This document shows positions 40,695-50,280 of a stretch of 64,000 nucleotides of DNA, one piece after another; position 1 is the stretch's first letter; every line of letters begins with the position of its first letter. The notes below the pieces were generated by a model. The model saw only the letters and a list, made by a program, of their open reading frames with translations. It was not told the origin of the DNA and ran no database searches. The DNA is from Candidatus Thorarchaeota archaeon (GTDB taxonomy: Archaea; Asgardarchaeota; Thorarchaeia; Thorarchaeales; Thorarchaeaceae). Location of the stretch: positions 128,001 through 192,000 of the forward strand of contig RDOC01000002.1 of assembly GCA_011364985.1 (NCBI GenBank), given 5' to 3'. A program made the position numbers and the translations under genes.

Positions 40695-41401
40695 CTAGCT
40701 GCATCTTCCTTGATGAATATCAGGAACATCGGCAGGACAACTATCAGATAAGCGTCCTTGTTCACACTTTCAAGGCTACTGAGTTATCATTCTACTGCCA
40801 CTAGAGATGCAACGTAGCTCTATCTAGCAGCATTCGTACTATTTTGCATCTTGTGCATGGTGCTGATGATTGTACAAACTCAACCTTTCTGCCAATTCAC
40901 TGAGGATACAGCCGCCATCACCATTCTCCAGCAGCTTAGCACTTACCAAACTGACTATCTATATAGTACCCCGACCGAATATATAAAGCATAATTAATTA
41001 ATCAATTAACTTATTTATTACTGCGGCGATGCAAAGAGGATTACTTGAATATCGTGTTTATCATATTCATCTTAGTTCATCCAGCAAAACCTGAAACTCT
41101 AGCAAAAACTCATTTTCATTTACAATATTGTAGTCTGATAAATCTCCCTCTTCAAGCTGGTGATATAAGTATTCCAGAAGAGATTCATGAAATCTTTCTG
41201 TTGACAGTTACATCGGATGGAGAAAGGGTGGAATACAGAAGTTACATGCAGTTGAATTCGCTCAACATTGGAGTGATGTAACAGGTCCGCAATGGACTGT
41301 AGGGGATGTCAATATCAATACGCATAACTCGAAATGAATTGGAGCTAGGGAGGTCAAGCAGCAATCCTTTTAACATCATGAACTAGCACAAAATGCGGAA
41401 T

Positions 41402-41598
41402 CGGAGCGTAGCTCAATCTGGCAGTCTTGTGCACATCAGTGTACTCGGCCATTAGCAATGGACTGTAGAGAGCGGCCATCGTGACAGCTGTTCGCAGCTA
41501 TCCATCGGTTGCCGGTTCGGCACGATTACCTGCGAATTGTGCGCCGAAAAAATCGCATGTGAATTCCACAAGTGATGGCAATCCGGCCGCTCCGACCA
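41402..41598 (+). tRNA. tRNA-Tyr(GTA) with four introns (41425-41453, 41469-41499, 41519-41548, 41552-41581)
   Basis: C1:G72 acceptor CGGAGCG/CGCTCCG-A-CCA; removing four BHB-bounded segments gives a canonical 77-nt cloverleaf. Confidence 0.85.
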
Positions 41599-41632
41599 TC
41601 CTTTCTTATCCCTACCTTAACCGAGAAGCCAT

Positions 41633-42400
41633 CTACTTCTTCTGCCCAATTGTGATGCCACGGCTAACAATCTCCTGTTCGTGGATATGAGAGAGTTGTT
41701 CTTCAGTCGCATCTTCAAGCATACGGAAGTAATCAAAGAGAACCTGAAAGACTTCCTTGATTTTGGAGGGTTCTATCCCTAATTCAAGGAGGGTTTTTGT
41801 GGTGTTCGGTTGTTGTTTTTCAAACAGCTCTCGTCTTCTTCGTATCCACGCCTTTCGTTCCATGAAGTCGAATCTTGTGTCAGAGAGTGTGAATACCGAG
41901 TACCAACCGTGGCATCTGATATTCGCTAAACCGACCTTTTCGAAGAAATCCGGGTAGGAATAGTAAAAGGGGTTCTCCTGTTTGAGGTTGTCAAAGGCTT
42001 CTGTTCTTCTTAGAGACATGATGACATTGTATTGACAGAGTGTGTCAAATGCTTCTTCCACAGACTTATCGGGTACGAAATGTCGAGAATCAAGAGCGGG
42101 CTCGATGCAGACGACATATCTCCCCTTTCGAACTGCTCGCTTCATTCGTTCAATTGCAATCAATGGCCTTGGGAGATTGTGGATAACAATATGTGAAACG
42201 GTGATATCAAATTCATCATATAGGCTGAGTTCTTCTAGGGGAACCTAGAAGAACTGAAAGGGTATGTAGACAAATTGACATCTCCCTATCGATAGTTCAT
42301 TATTTTAGCAATAAGTACTCTTCCTAGAAATGCTGTTGATTTGCATACAAGTTGGGACAAATCCGGTTCTTCTCAAATACCCTTGATTACTTTCGGATGA
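41633..42400 (-). pseudogene. degraded class I SAM-dependent methyltransferase
   Basis: FDITVSHIVIHNL...GRYVVCIEP retained; N-terminal SAM-binding part broken; 5' boundary approximate. Confidence 0.55.
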
Positions 42401-42478
42401 ATTTACAGCATTCCAATTTTTTTCCCCCAAATAGAGTGACTTATCTATTCCAGAATAGAAAGAGAACCTGATAATTCT

Positions 42479-43390
42479 ATGAGAATCACACTGAAAGCAT
42501 GCCTTCCATTCTCCCTCTATTCCACCGTAAGATCTCATGGCTGGCACCAGATGGCTCCATTCTCATTCAATACTGAACCTCTAGTTCTTGAGTATGTTCT
42601 TCAGCTGGAATCTGGTACGATTGCACAGTTAGAAATCAGCGAAACAGCAGATGGAGTTAGAGCTAGGACAGAAGAGAGTATCACCTCCGAAGAGAAGAAG
42701 GAACTGAAACAAAAAGTCACATGGATGTTGGGTCTGGATCGAGATTTTTCGTCGTTTTACAGGTTGGCACATGATGAACCTAAACTGGCCCGGATGGAAG
42801 CGAAGGCTCAAGGGCGAGTTCTTCGGTCAGCTACATTCTTTGAAGATGTGATCAAGACAATACTCACAACAAACACGCTCTGGGCTGCTACCAAACGAAT
42901 GAATCAGAATCTAGTTGAACAATTTGGGACTCCAGTTAAGAAAGGCTCATCACAGAAGGCATTTCCTACACCAACACGACTGGCAAGGACCAGTGAAGAT
43001 GTCTTGCGAAAGGAAACAAGGCTTGGTTATCGGGCACCATATGTGCTGGAACTAGCAGAGTCTATCAAGAAAGATGATATAAACTTGGAATCTTTTAAGA
43101 ATTCAGACCTCCCTACAGAACAACTTCGCAAGAAGCTTCTTACAATCAAGGGCGTGGGTGATTATGCAGCTGCCAATTTACTGAATATTCTTGGCCGCTA
43201 TGATTATCTTCCAATCGACTCTTGGGCATTGAAAGTCGTTTCATTTGAATGGTACAACGGGGCTTCTATTGGAAAAAAAGAGGTTGAAACTGCTTTCGAA
43301 CACTGGGGCGATTGGAGAGGTTTGGCTTTCTGGTTCTGGGACTGGTCATATTATAAGAAAAGTGAAAAGGAGTCTGATGTAGAAATGTAG
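42479..43390 (+). CDS. HhH-GPD DNA glycosylase (AlkA/OGG-like)
   Basis: AFPTP, LGYRA, LLTIKGVGDYAA, LPIDSW. Confidence 0.9.
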   Translation: MRITLKACLPFSLYSTVRSHGWHQMAPFSFNTEPLVLEYVLQLESGTIAQLEISETADGVRARTEESITSEEKKELKQKVTWMLGLDRDFSSFYRLAHDEPKLARMEAKAQGRVLRSATFFEDVIKTILTTNTLWAATKRMNQNLVEQFGTPVKKGSSQKAFPTPTRLARTSEDVLRKETRLGYRAPYVLELAESIKKDDINLESFKNSDLPTEQLRKKLLTIKGVGDYAAANLLNILGRYDYLPIDSWALKVVSFEWYNGASIGKKEVETAFEHWGDWRGLAFWFWDWSYYKKSEKESDVEM

Positions 43391-43494
43391 GTCTGTGGAT
43401 GGCATGGTTTTCTTTTCTCATTGTGTACGACATCTTTTCTTCGTAGAGGCTAACAAGGATGGATACTTGTATTGACAGATGCATTCCTTCTCAT

Positions 43495-45501
43495 TCAGTC
43501 ATCATTATCAGGATAGGGGAGCCTGATCTGGCTCAGCATGGCTGAAACATCGTCATTCCAAGTGTCGTCTTCGTTGAGTATTCGTTGGTAGAATCTCCAT
43601 GAATAACTTCTGTAGGATACGACACGGTAACAAGACAAAGCCAAATCTTGTTCTGCAGCCTTCCCTGGCAATTCTATCATTATTTGGCGAGCAATTGAGG
43701 GTGGAACTCGGGCCATTATCAATGACCATCTTCCCCCTCTTGCTACAAAGACTGTAGCTGAAGGTGAATGTTTCAAAAACCCTTGGACAAATGAACAAAT
43801 CTGACCAGATCGACCCTGTGCAATCAATGCAATTGTCATATGATTTCGAAATACAGGTGTATAAGATATATCAACGACAGTCTTCTTTTTCATTTCCATA
43901 ATGGCATCAAGTAGCTCTTCTCTTGTAAGGCCAAGTTTCTGCAGGTATTCCAGTTGTTCAAACGATGCCAAATATCCAAGATTTGCTGTTGCATCAAGGC
44001 ATTTGACCCATTTTCGCTTTGGCTGATATGGTTTTTGTCCTATCCATGTACCAAATTCACTTTCGAGTTTCTTTAGAGTTTGATTTCCAAGCAATGAGTT
44101 TTGTATTCGCTTGAAAGAAACTCTCCAGCTATTTTCATGGAAGTCATAGAGATTTGCATTAGTAATGCTTGCAGACCAATCTAATGTTATGACATTGGGT
44201 CTAATTTTCTTTACCCGATCCACAGCCAAAGGTGGCATTTCCATTATCTGGATATGGGGTTCTCTGTAACTCTGTGCTGCAATACTTGCTGACCATTTCA
44301 TATGCTTGTGGGGCCATTGATGTGCTCTTGTAACATCTATCAAACCAACAAGCCCTAAAGCCTGTGGTCTTAAGTGAGTTCTAATTCTTAGACCAGACGC
44401 CAATAGAAGAAATCTGTTTTTCCAATTCTCCTGAGATTCACTAGCTTCTTTTCGGGTGATTGGTAAACTAACAACAATCTTCTTTGTTCTGTTAAGCTCA
44501 GCTGTACATTCTATTGCTTTTCGGAAAACACTTGGTGTTGTTTCTACTATTCTGAACAATGCAGGTGTCCAAGGATTCCATTCTTCGTCACGTATTGCAC
44601 TTGATGGCAAAGCCAATTGATGTCGAGAACTTCTCTGGATTATTCTAACATATGATGGAATATCCATGTCACTAAATTTTCGTATTACATATCCTAGCAA
44701 GAGTGTGTTAAGAACATCTAATGGATAGATTCTGTTGAAATAGTCCACAGGATCTTCTCGTGGAATATCCCATCTTGACACCAGTGTGAAAAATGCCATT
44801 ATCTGTTCTCTGACTATGTCTTCATAGGCTTCAGGAATCAGCTGCTGCATTGTATTTCTGGCATCTTTCCCCAAGCGCAGGTTTGGAATATGCACATCAT
44901 GAATCAGTTTGGTCAGTTGCTCCCAAGTTGGCGATTCACTTACCAAAACACTATTCATCCATTTCTTGGCTTTGATCAAGGATTTCTTAGAAGCAAAGAA
45001 CGATGAATACTCCTCAAACTCTTCTTCAAACTCAAGTGCTCCAACCTCAAAAGGGAAAATTGGATGCGCTTCAAGGACTCTAAAATCCGATTTACTCAGG
45101 ATAACAAGCCAAAGTCTGAAATCATCCACGATTCGGTGAACAAAAACAATAACATTCAATCCAGTTCTATCTATCCTGCTAAACCACCCTTTCGTTGATG
45201 GAGGGTACAATGGTTCTGGTCTATTTCCATCTACTGAATATTGTTTCTCGGTTTTGAGTATAGGATTCAATTTGATATTCAATAGCTGACTTCTCAGAAC
45301 TCTTACCGATTTACTCCCTTTGTCGATAAGAACGTCGCATTCGATTCTGAATACTTTCTCAATGTTAGCATCAATCTTCTTTTCCAGTAGAATCTGTGGA
45401 CCCGTAGTATCATAGGAAAGAAGGGCTCTTTCTGGTCTCCCCTCCACCAATACCTGTACTGGCAGACAGCTGACTTGGTGACCCAAATATCTTCTCTCCA
45501 T
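43495..45501 (-). CDS. large hypothetical protein (668 aa)
   Basis: Long uninterrupted ORF; no recognised motif. Confidence 0.75.
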   Translation of the reverse strand: MERRYLGHQVSCLPVQVLVEGRPERALLSYDTTGPQILLEKKIDANIEKVFRIECDVLIDKGSKSVRVLRSQLLNIKLNPILKTEKQYSVDGNRPEPLYPPSTKGWFSRIDRTGLNVIVFVHRIVDDFRLWLVILSKSDFRVLEAHPIFPFEVGALEFEEEFEEYSSFFASKKSLIKAKKWMNSVLVSESPTWEQLTKLIHDVHIPNLRLGKDARNTMQQLIPEAYEDIVREQIMAFFTLVSRWDIPREDPVDYFNRIYPLDVLNTLLLGYVIRKFSDMDIPSYVRIIQRSSRHQLALPSSAIRDEEWNPWTPALFRIVETTPSVFRKAIECTAELNRTKKIVVSLPITRKEASESQENWKNRFLLLASGLRIRTHLRPQALGLVGLIDVTRAHQWPHKHMKWSASIAAQSYREPHIQIMEMPPLAVDRVKKIRPNVITLDWSASITNANLYDFHENSWRVSFKRIQNSLLGNQTLKKLESEFGTWIGQKPYQPKRKWVKCLDATANLGYLASFEQLEYLQKLGLTREELLDAIMEMKKKTVVDISYTPVFRNHMTIALIAQGRSGQICSFVQGFLKHSPSATVFVARGGRWSLIMARVPPSIARQIMIELPGKAAEQDLALSCYRVVSYRSYSWRFYQRILNEDDTWNDDVSAMLSQIRLPYPDNDD

Positions 45502-45589
45502 CTGCAGAGAAATGCCTCAATGCAAATTTATCATTTCCTAATAGAAAGAGAATTGAAATCTCTCAGATGAGAAAAAAAAAGAATGAGGC

Positions 45590-45657
45590 GGACGTAACAG
45601 AACTCACAATTATCTTGGTATGAATACACCAAGAGCTTCAGAGTGTCTGATACGTCC
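45590..45657 (-). terminator. long imperfect hairpin followed by a T9 tract on the minus strand
   Basis: Nested stems GGACGTA/TACGTCC, CAGA/TCTG, ACTC/GAGT, TCTTGGT/ACCAAGA; A9 at 45572-45580. Confidence 0.5.
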
Positions 45658-45665
45658 TACATAGA

Positions 45666-45785
45666 TTAGAAGGTCCAAGGTTCGGGATGAGGGATCTCTC
45701 CCGGATTCAGACCAAAGGTCCAAGGTTCGGGATGAGGGATCTCTCCCGGATTGCTATGACTAAACCTATCTTTGCCAATTGTCAT
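45666..45785 (-). CDS. putative 39-aa peptide with a duplicated core: MTIGKDRFSHSNPGEIPHPEPWTFGLNPGEIPHPEPWTF
   Basis: Manual translation; repeat period of 45 nt keeps frame and the stop falls right after the second core. Confidence 0.45.
   Translation of the reverse strand: MTIGKDRFSHSNPGEIPHPEPWTFGLNPGEIPHPEPWTF
45670..45752. repeat. 38-bp perfect direct repeat x2 (45670-45707, 45715-45752)
   Basis: AAGGTCCAAGGTTCGGGATGAGGGATCTCTCCCGGATT twice. Confidence 0.95.
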
Positions 45786-46049
45786 TATTCATCAAGAATC
45801 AATGCCCTAATTCCATGCAGAAACACATTCTACAGCTTTTGTTCACAAATCAGTGGTCAAACTTCAAAATATCGCAACATAACATAAGCTGACAAGACGT
45901 TTATGAATACGAGTTAATATACTCGCATAAGAACTTAGAGTATTTGAAGACCTCTGCCCTAGTTTAAAAACGTGATATCTCTATTGCAATGGCAAATCAA
46001 TACAGAGTTATTTCCTCTTTGGTAACTGTTACATATAATAGGTTAGGAA

Positions 46050-46529
46050 CACTCAAAACAAGGTGTTTTACAATAGTTAAGGCACACAGTATACAACTCG
46101 AACAAAAGTAGTAGCTTATCCTATTTCTTCTGAGATGGCTAAGTATGTCAACCTTCGAAGCCAATTCCATTGGTTCTTTGGTACTCCTTGTGATTGGAAT
46201 GTACCAAGCATGCAGATTCGTTGGTCTGGATCAGATTATTAGCTCTAGGATAGAACACAGTCAGAATGAGTTGTAGAATGCTCTTCCGTAGCTAGCATAT
46301 GCTACTAGCACAGTACCAATCTTAGCAAGATGGAAAGCCAAGTAATATATCAGACACCTCTTGGTTTTGTCTCTGAGTACAGCAAACCTCTACTGCTGTC
46401 CATTCATGGCACTTAAAACAGAGATTGCAGCCTTAATGCACTCTCTGACCAAGTTCTCTGGTACAATATCAAGTCTGTATTGCCTGATACTTCTCTCTCC
46501 CTGAATCCCTCATCAATGATCATTGCCAT
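46050..46529 (-). pseudogene. nitroreductase-family pseudogene
   Basis: Manual translation RSIRQY...VPENLVRECIKAA...SAMNGQQ*RFAVL with TAG at the conserved Trp; 3' boundary approximate. Confidence 0.65.
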
Positions 46530-46548
46530 AATGGGGGGAGATAAGTGT

Positions 46549-47547
46549 CTATCCTTCGACTTTCTCAATCACGTTTCTTGGAAGCTGAATGGCAAATGTA
46601 CACTCCATATCACCCTTGAGTACTGACTTTATCATCTCCACATCAAGCGGCTGGTCAAGTGCCATCTCCCAGGGCTGGACAGTAAACCCGCCACTACAAT
46701 TGCAAAACGTAGCTGGAATCTCTAATTCATTATTCATGATGGTTTCTCGTGCCCATGCGCAATGACAGGCATAGTATCTCTTCTTCTTCTCATCCTTTTC
46801 ATCTAGATACTCTTTTGCCATGTAGGGAATCTTTGTATGAATTATCTTGTCGCCATTTCGCATTCCAGTCATAACGTCTGGACGATTCTTTACATACTCG
46901 ATAACATCATCGGTAATCATCTGGTTGAAGAACAACCTACCCTCATCTCTATGCTTCTCTAAGTTAGCAATGATCTCAGCTCTCTTGTTAGCAAGGTACT
47001 CGTCAATATCCTTGGCCTTTAGGAACTTCTCTCGCTCCTCTTTGTACCATTCTTTGGGTATGCCATGAGCAGTATCCACAAGGGCCTTTCTACAATCCTC
47101 AGGTGTCAATAGCTTTTCCATCTGGTCTAGTACTGCCTTTGCAACCTTCGGCTTTTCTGTAGATGGCAATCCCAAGGGATTATCAATATCCTTGAAAATC
47201 TCATCACTCTTTCCTTTTCCAGCAACTTCCCCTATCCGTTCGCGAAGTACATCCAATACCTCCGCACCATCGAGTAGTTCCAAGACCGCAAGGTAGAGGT
47301 CGAAGTTCTGAATGAAATATCCATACCTTGAGAGTGCTAGGTAATTGTCATAGGTATTTGTTTCCTCTTCAATTAGCATTTTTGAAAAGTTCCTAACGTC
47401 CATCGAGGTCGCGGACTCAAGAGTTCTCCCAACCTTTTCAACGAATTTTTCAAATCTCTCAATCATTGAGATTGCAGGTACTATCTTCTCCTCGGGAATT
47501 GGTTTCTCCCTATCGGTCAGGTATATTCGATAGCCTTCTTTATCCAT
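46549..47547 (-). CDS. DUF6144-like protein with C-terminal Cys cluster
   Basis: YYACHCAWARE...FCNCSGGF...SVLKGDMECTF. Confidence 0.7.
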   Translation of the reverse strand: MDKEGYRIYLTDREKPIPEEKIVPAISMIERFEKFVEKVGRTLESATSMDVRNFSKMLIEEETNTYDNYLALSRYGYFIQNFDLYLAVLELLDGAEVLDVLRERIGEVAGKGKSDEIFKDIDNPLGLPSTEKPKVAKAVLDQMEKLLTPEDCRKALVDTAHGIPKEWYKEEREKFLKAKDIDEYLANKRAEIIANLEKHRDEGRLFFNQMITDDVIEYVKNRPDVMTGMRNGDKIIHTKIPYMAKEYLDEKDEKKKRYYACHCAWARETIMNNELEIPATFCNCSGGFTVQPWEMALDQPLDVEMIKSVLKGDMECTFAIQLPRNVIEKVEG

Positions 47548-47800
47548 TCGTCACACCTCAGGTTTGTATTTCGGCGCTTTGTCTTTGTTTCTTAATGAAA
47601 CACATGCTCGACGCAACCGAGTCAAAACCAGTCTAGCAATAATTGACAGCCAACTCCAATTCGATGTGCCTCTCGAAATGGCGCCAAACCAAGTAATATC
47701 AGAGATAAGTAGTAGACTCGGAATACTGCAAATCCTACAATTTCGTAGATAATATCTCTTGAAGAATGCCAGAAAATGTGTTAGATTTTCACTTATTCGA

Positions 47801-48300
47801 TTAAAAATCATGAATTTCTGCACCTTCTTCTTCAAGCGTATCTTCTATCTCTTTCAATATCTCATTCCTATTCTCAGAACTTATCTTGCGCCCTATCAGA
47901 TTGAATCTAACCTCGTTCTCAATGTCTTCTGAGGATAAGATTTGGGTCTTAACCTCCTCAGAGGGTAAAGATAGTAATGTCAATTCCACAAAGTCTGTTT
48001 CATTCTCCACATTGCACAAATGGACGATGACATCTAGCCTTCTTCTACGCCTACCTTCCTCAAGACGAACACCGACAAATCGCAGTTCAGGGATCTCTTC
48101 TGGAACTACCTCTTCACCCTCCATTTGAATCCAATCAGACTCTGCTGACTCTAGCTTCTCGATAATGCCCCATTATGGCACTCTGAATCCTGGAATACTC
48201 AAATAGAATGTGTACCAATCGCAGGCTCACAAGAGATTCTGCGTCGATGTTAACATCTTATCTCCGGTTGGATTCAATATCCACAAGCTGGCTACACTCT
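47801..48300 (-). pseudogene. C-terminal remnant of the TnpB-associated large protein (paralog of 56597-57034)
   Basis: VHLCNVE..TDF.EL.LLSL.SE.VK.Q...EVR.NL.GR...EILKEI shared with the 56597-57034 ORF. Confidence 0.7.
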
Positions 48301-48310
48301 GCTAAGAGCT

Positions 48311-48979
48311 CTCTATGTTGCAATTGGTCGTTTGAAGAACATCAGAAATACAGCGCACAAGGGTAATTTCAAGGGAAGAAAGTTCAGGGGCATGATACAC
48401 TCATGGGCCTTTGCTAGGATTACTGAAAGCCTTAGGCATGGGCTTACTCAGCTTGGGTGGAAGGCTGATGGAAAAAACTCTCGTTTTCGAGTTGTGCCTG
48501 AAATTTAGACTTCTATCATGTACTGGAAGTGTGGAGCTAAGGGAATACGACCCAAACAGAGCTACTTCAGATGCCTTTCGTGTGGTCGCCAGACAAATGC
48601 TGATAGGAATGGAGCCATCAATATCGCCGGACGCCTTATTACGCTTACAAAGTCATTGCACTCTGTGAGAGGACTAGGTAAGTGGGCCGACTCTGTCCAG
48701 AGGACAGGGAAGCGTTCACGACTGAAAGCCCGAAAGAAGAAGCCTTCTCAAGGGAAGTCCTTACTCTCAAGAATGGAACAATCATCAAGTTCCAGAGAGT
48801 CCGCGGCTGTTCACTTTGTTCAATCGGACCTTACCAGTTTCAGCGATGACACTGAAAAGAGTGATCATGACCCCGCCATGGAAAGAACTGTGGAAAAGCT
48901 CTCTGTTGCTGGAAGTGATGCAGCCAGAATTCGACAGGAGAAAGAAGTCAGGTCTTCAGGAGGGATCCCATCCCAATGA
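48311..48979 (+). pseudogene. tnpB: 5'-deleted tnpB pseudogene
   Basis: LYVAIGRLKNIR...IHSWAFARIT...VPE aligned to 59029-60705; premature TAG at 48506-48508. Confidence 0.88.
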
Positions 48980-49093
48980 AGGTTGACAATGCTCTTGCTA
49001 ATTCTTGTATTTCAAATGAAATACGAAGAGGTGGTGACACTGGCAGGAGAAGGGCGGAACACAGAGGTTTCTTACAGTTGTGTTCACTCACAA
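48977..49093 (+). ncRNA. putative TnpB omega/reRNA scaffold 3' part and element right end, copy 1
   Basis: Non-coding sequence conserved with 60703-60817; similarity stops abruptly after TTCACTCACAA. Confidence 0.65.
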
Positions 49094-49169
49094 GAAATTG
49101 TAAGAAATAGGTTGTAATACAGGTGCTTTAGTACCCTAGTACGAAACAACACCGTGGTGGATTGTTACG

Positions 49170-49457
49170 ATGGAGGCAATAGAAGCCAAGATAAAGCATG
49201 GTCTTGAAGATAAGGGAATAAAATGCCAATCAGTGTATAGAATCCCTGATCCTGATGACCCAAGACTACTACTATCATTTCATTCACATGATTCCCAGAA
49301 GATTACAACGATGCGAATCCAGCATGTCCTGAACTCTCTTGGAGTTGGTGAGTTCAATGTTCCCAAGGAATTTCAGCGTCTGAGTGCTGCTTTTCTCCAT
49401 CTAGAAGTATCAATGGGAGCTAAGACAGAGAAGAAAATCGCTCCTCGTGCCACATAG
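49170..49457 (+). CDS. small hypothetical protein
   Basis: 95-aa ATG ORF with GGTGG upstream. Confidence 0.7.
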   Translation: MEAIEAKIKHGLEDKGIKCQSVYRIPDPDDPRLLLSFHSHDSQKITTMRIQHVLNSLGVGEFNVPKEFQRLSAAFLHLEVSMGAKTEKKIAPRAT

Positions 49458-49517
49458 TTCGTTTTGATGAACACAGCAGCCGTCTTTCTTATGTACTATC
49501 TCGCATAATACCATCCC

Positions 49518-50273
49518 ATGGATCTCAAACTGAATAAACGAGTCTATTTGGTGACGGCAGCCTCACGCGGTCTTGGCTTTGGAGTTGCTGAAGCACTGGT
49601 TCGCGAAGGTGCTAATGTAGTAATCTGTGGTCGTACTGAAGAATCCTTGAAGAAAGCTGCAGCCAAGCTTGGTAAACAGGCCAAGCATTTAATGGCAGAT
49701 GTTTCAAAGGAGAGAGATATCGATTCACTAGTCGAATTCGTAGATGAGAACTTCAAGAAACTGGACGGTCTCTTTGTCAATGCAGGCGGTCCTCCTCCAG
49801 GAAAGTTCTCTGACATCTCTGACTCCGACTGGGAGAAGGCATTCCATCTCACATTGATGAGCGCAGTCTGGCTCACTAGGAAGTCGCTACCTCTACTAGA
49901 GAAATCGGACGCTCCTTCAGTACTCTATAGCACATCAATCTCAGTGAAGCAACCAATTGACAATCTCCTCTTATCAAATGCTCTTAGACCTGGAGTCATC
50001 GGACTGATGAGAAGCATCTCTCCAGAGCTTGGGCCAAAGGGCGTTCGGATCAATGCCATCTGCCCGGGCTACATCTACACTGCCCGTGTTGAAGAACTAA
50101 TGTCTAGCAACGAGTCTGCAAAAGATGCAATAGAGTCCCGAATTCCTCTAGGGCGAATGGGGACTCCAAGCGAGTTCGGTACAACCTGTGCATTCCTGCT
50201 AAGCCCCGTGGCCAGCTATATACACGGAGCATTGCTTCTGATAGATGGTGGACTCTATCAGGGAATGATGTAA
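49518..50273 (+). CDS. short-chain dehydrogenase/reductase
   Basis: VTAASRGLG, NAGGPP, GVRINAICPG. Confidence 0.93.
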   Translation: MDLKLNKRVYLVTAASRGLGFGVAEALVREGANVVICGRTEESLKKAAAKLGKQAKHLMADVSKERDIDSLVEFVDENFKKLDGLFVNAGGPPPGKFSDISDSDWEKAFHLTLMSAVWLTRKSLPLLEKSDAPSVLYSTSISVKQPIDNLLLSNALRPGVIGLMRSISPELGPKGVRINAICPGYIYTARVEELMSSNESAKDAIESRIPLGRMGTPSEFGTTCAFLLSPVASYIHGALLLIDGGLYQGMM

Positions 50274-50280
50274 GCCATAC

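Noticed and set aside
41481-41690. ORF-track 69-aa protein
   Set aside because: Overlaps the tRNA-Tyr gene; the same applies to 21787-22002, 19190-19390 and 61223-61492 over other tRNAs
45590-45657. SECIS element
   Set aside because: No convincing AUGA/GA quartet with correct helix geometry and no upstream UGA-containing selenoprotein ORF
45670-45752. CRISPR mini-array
   Set aside because: Only two repeats separated by 7 nt, with no spacer-length unique sequence and no cas genes
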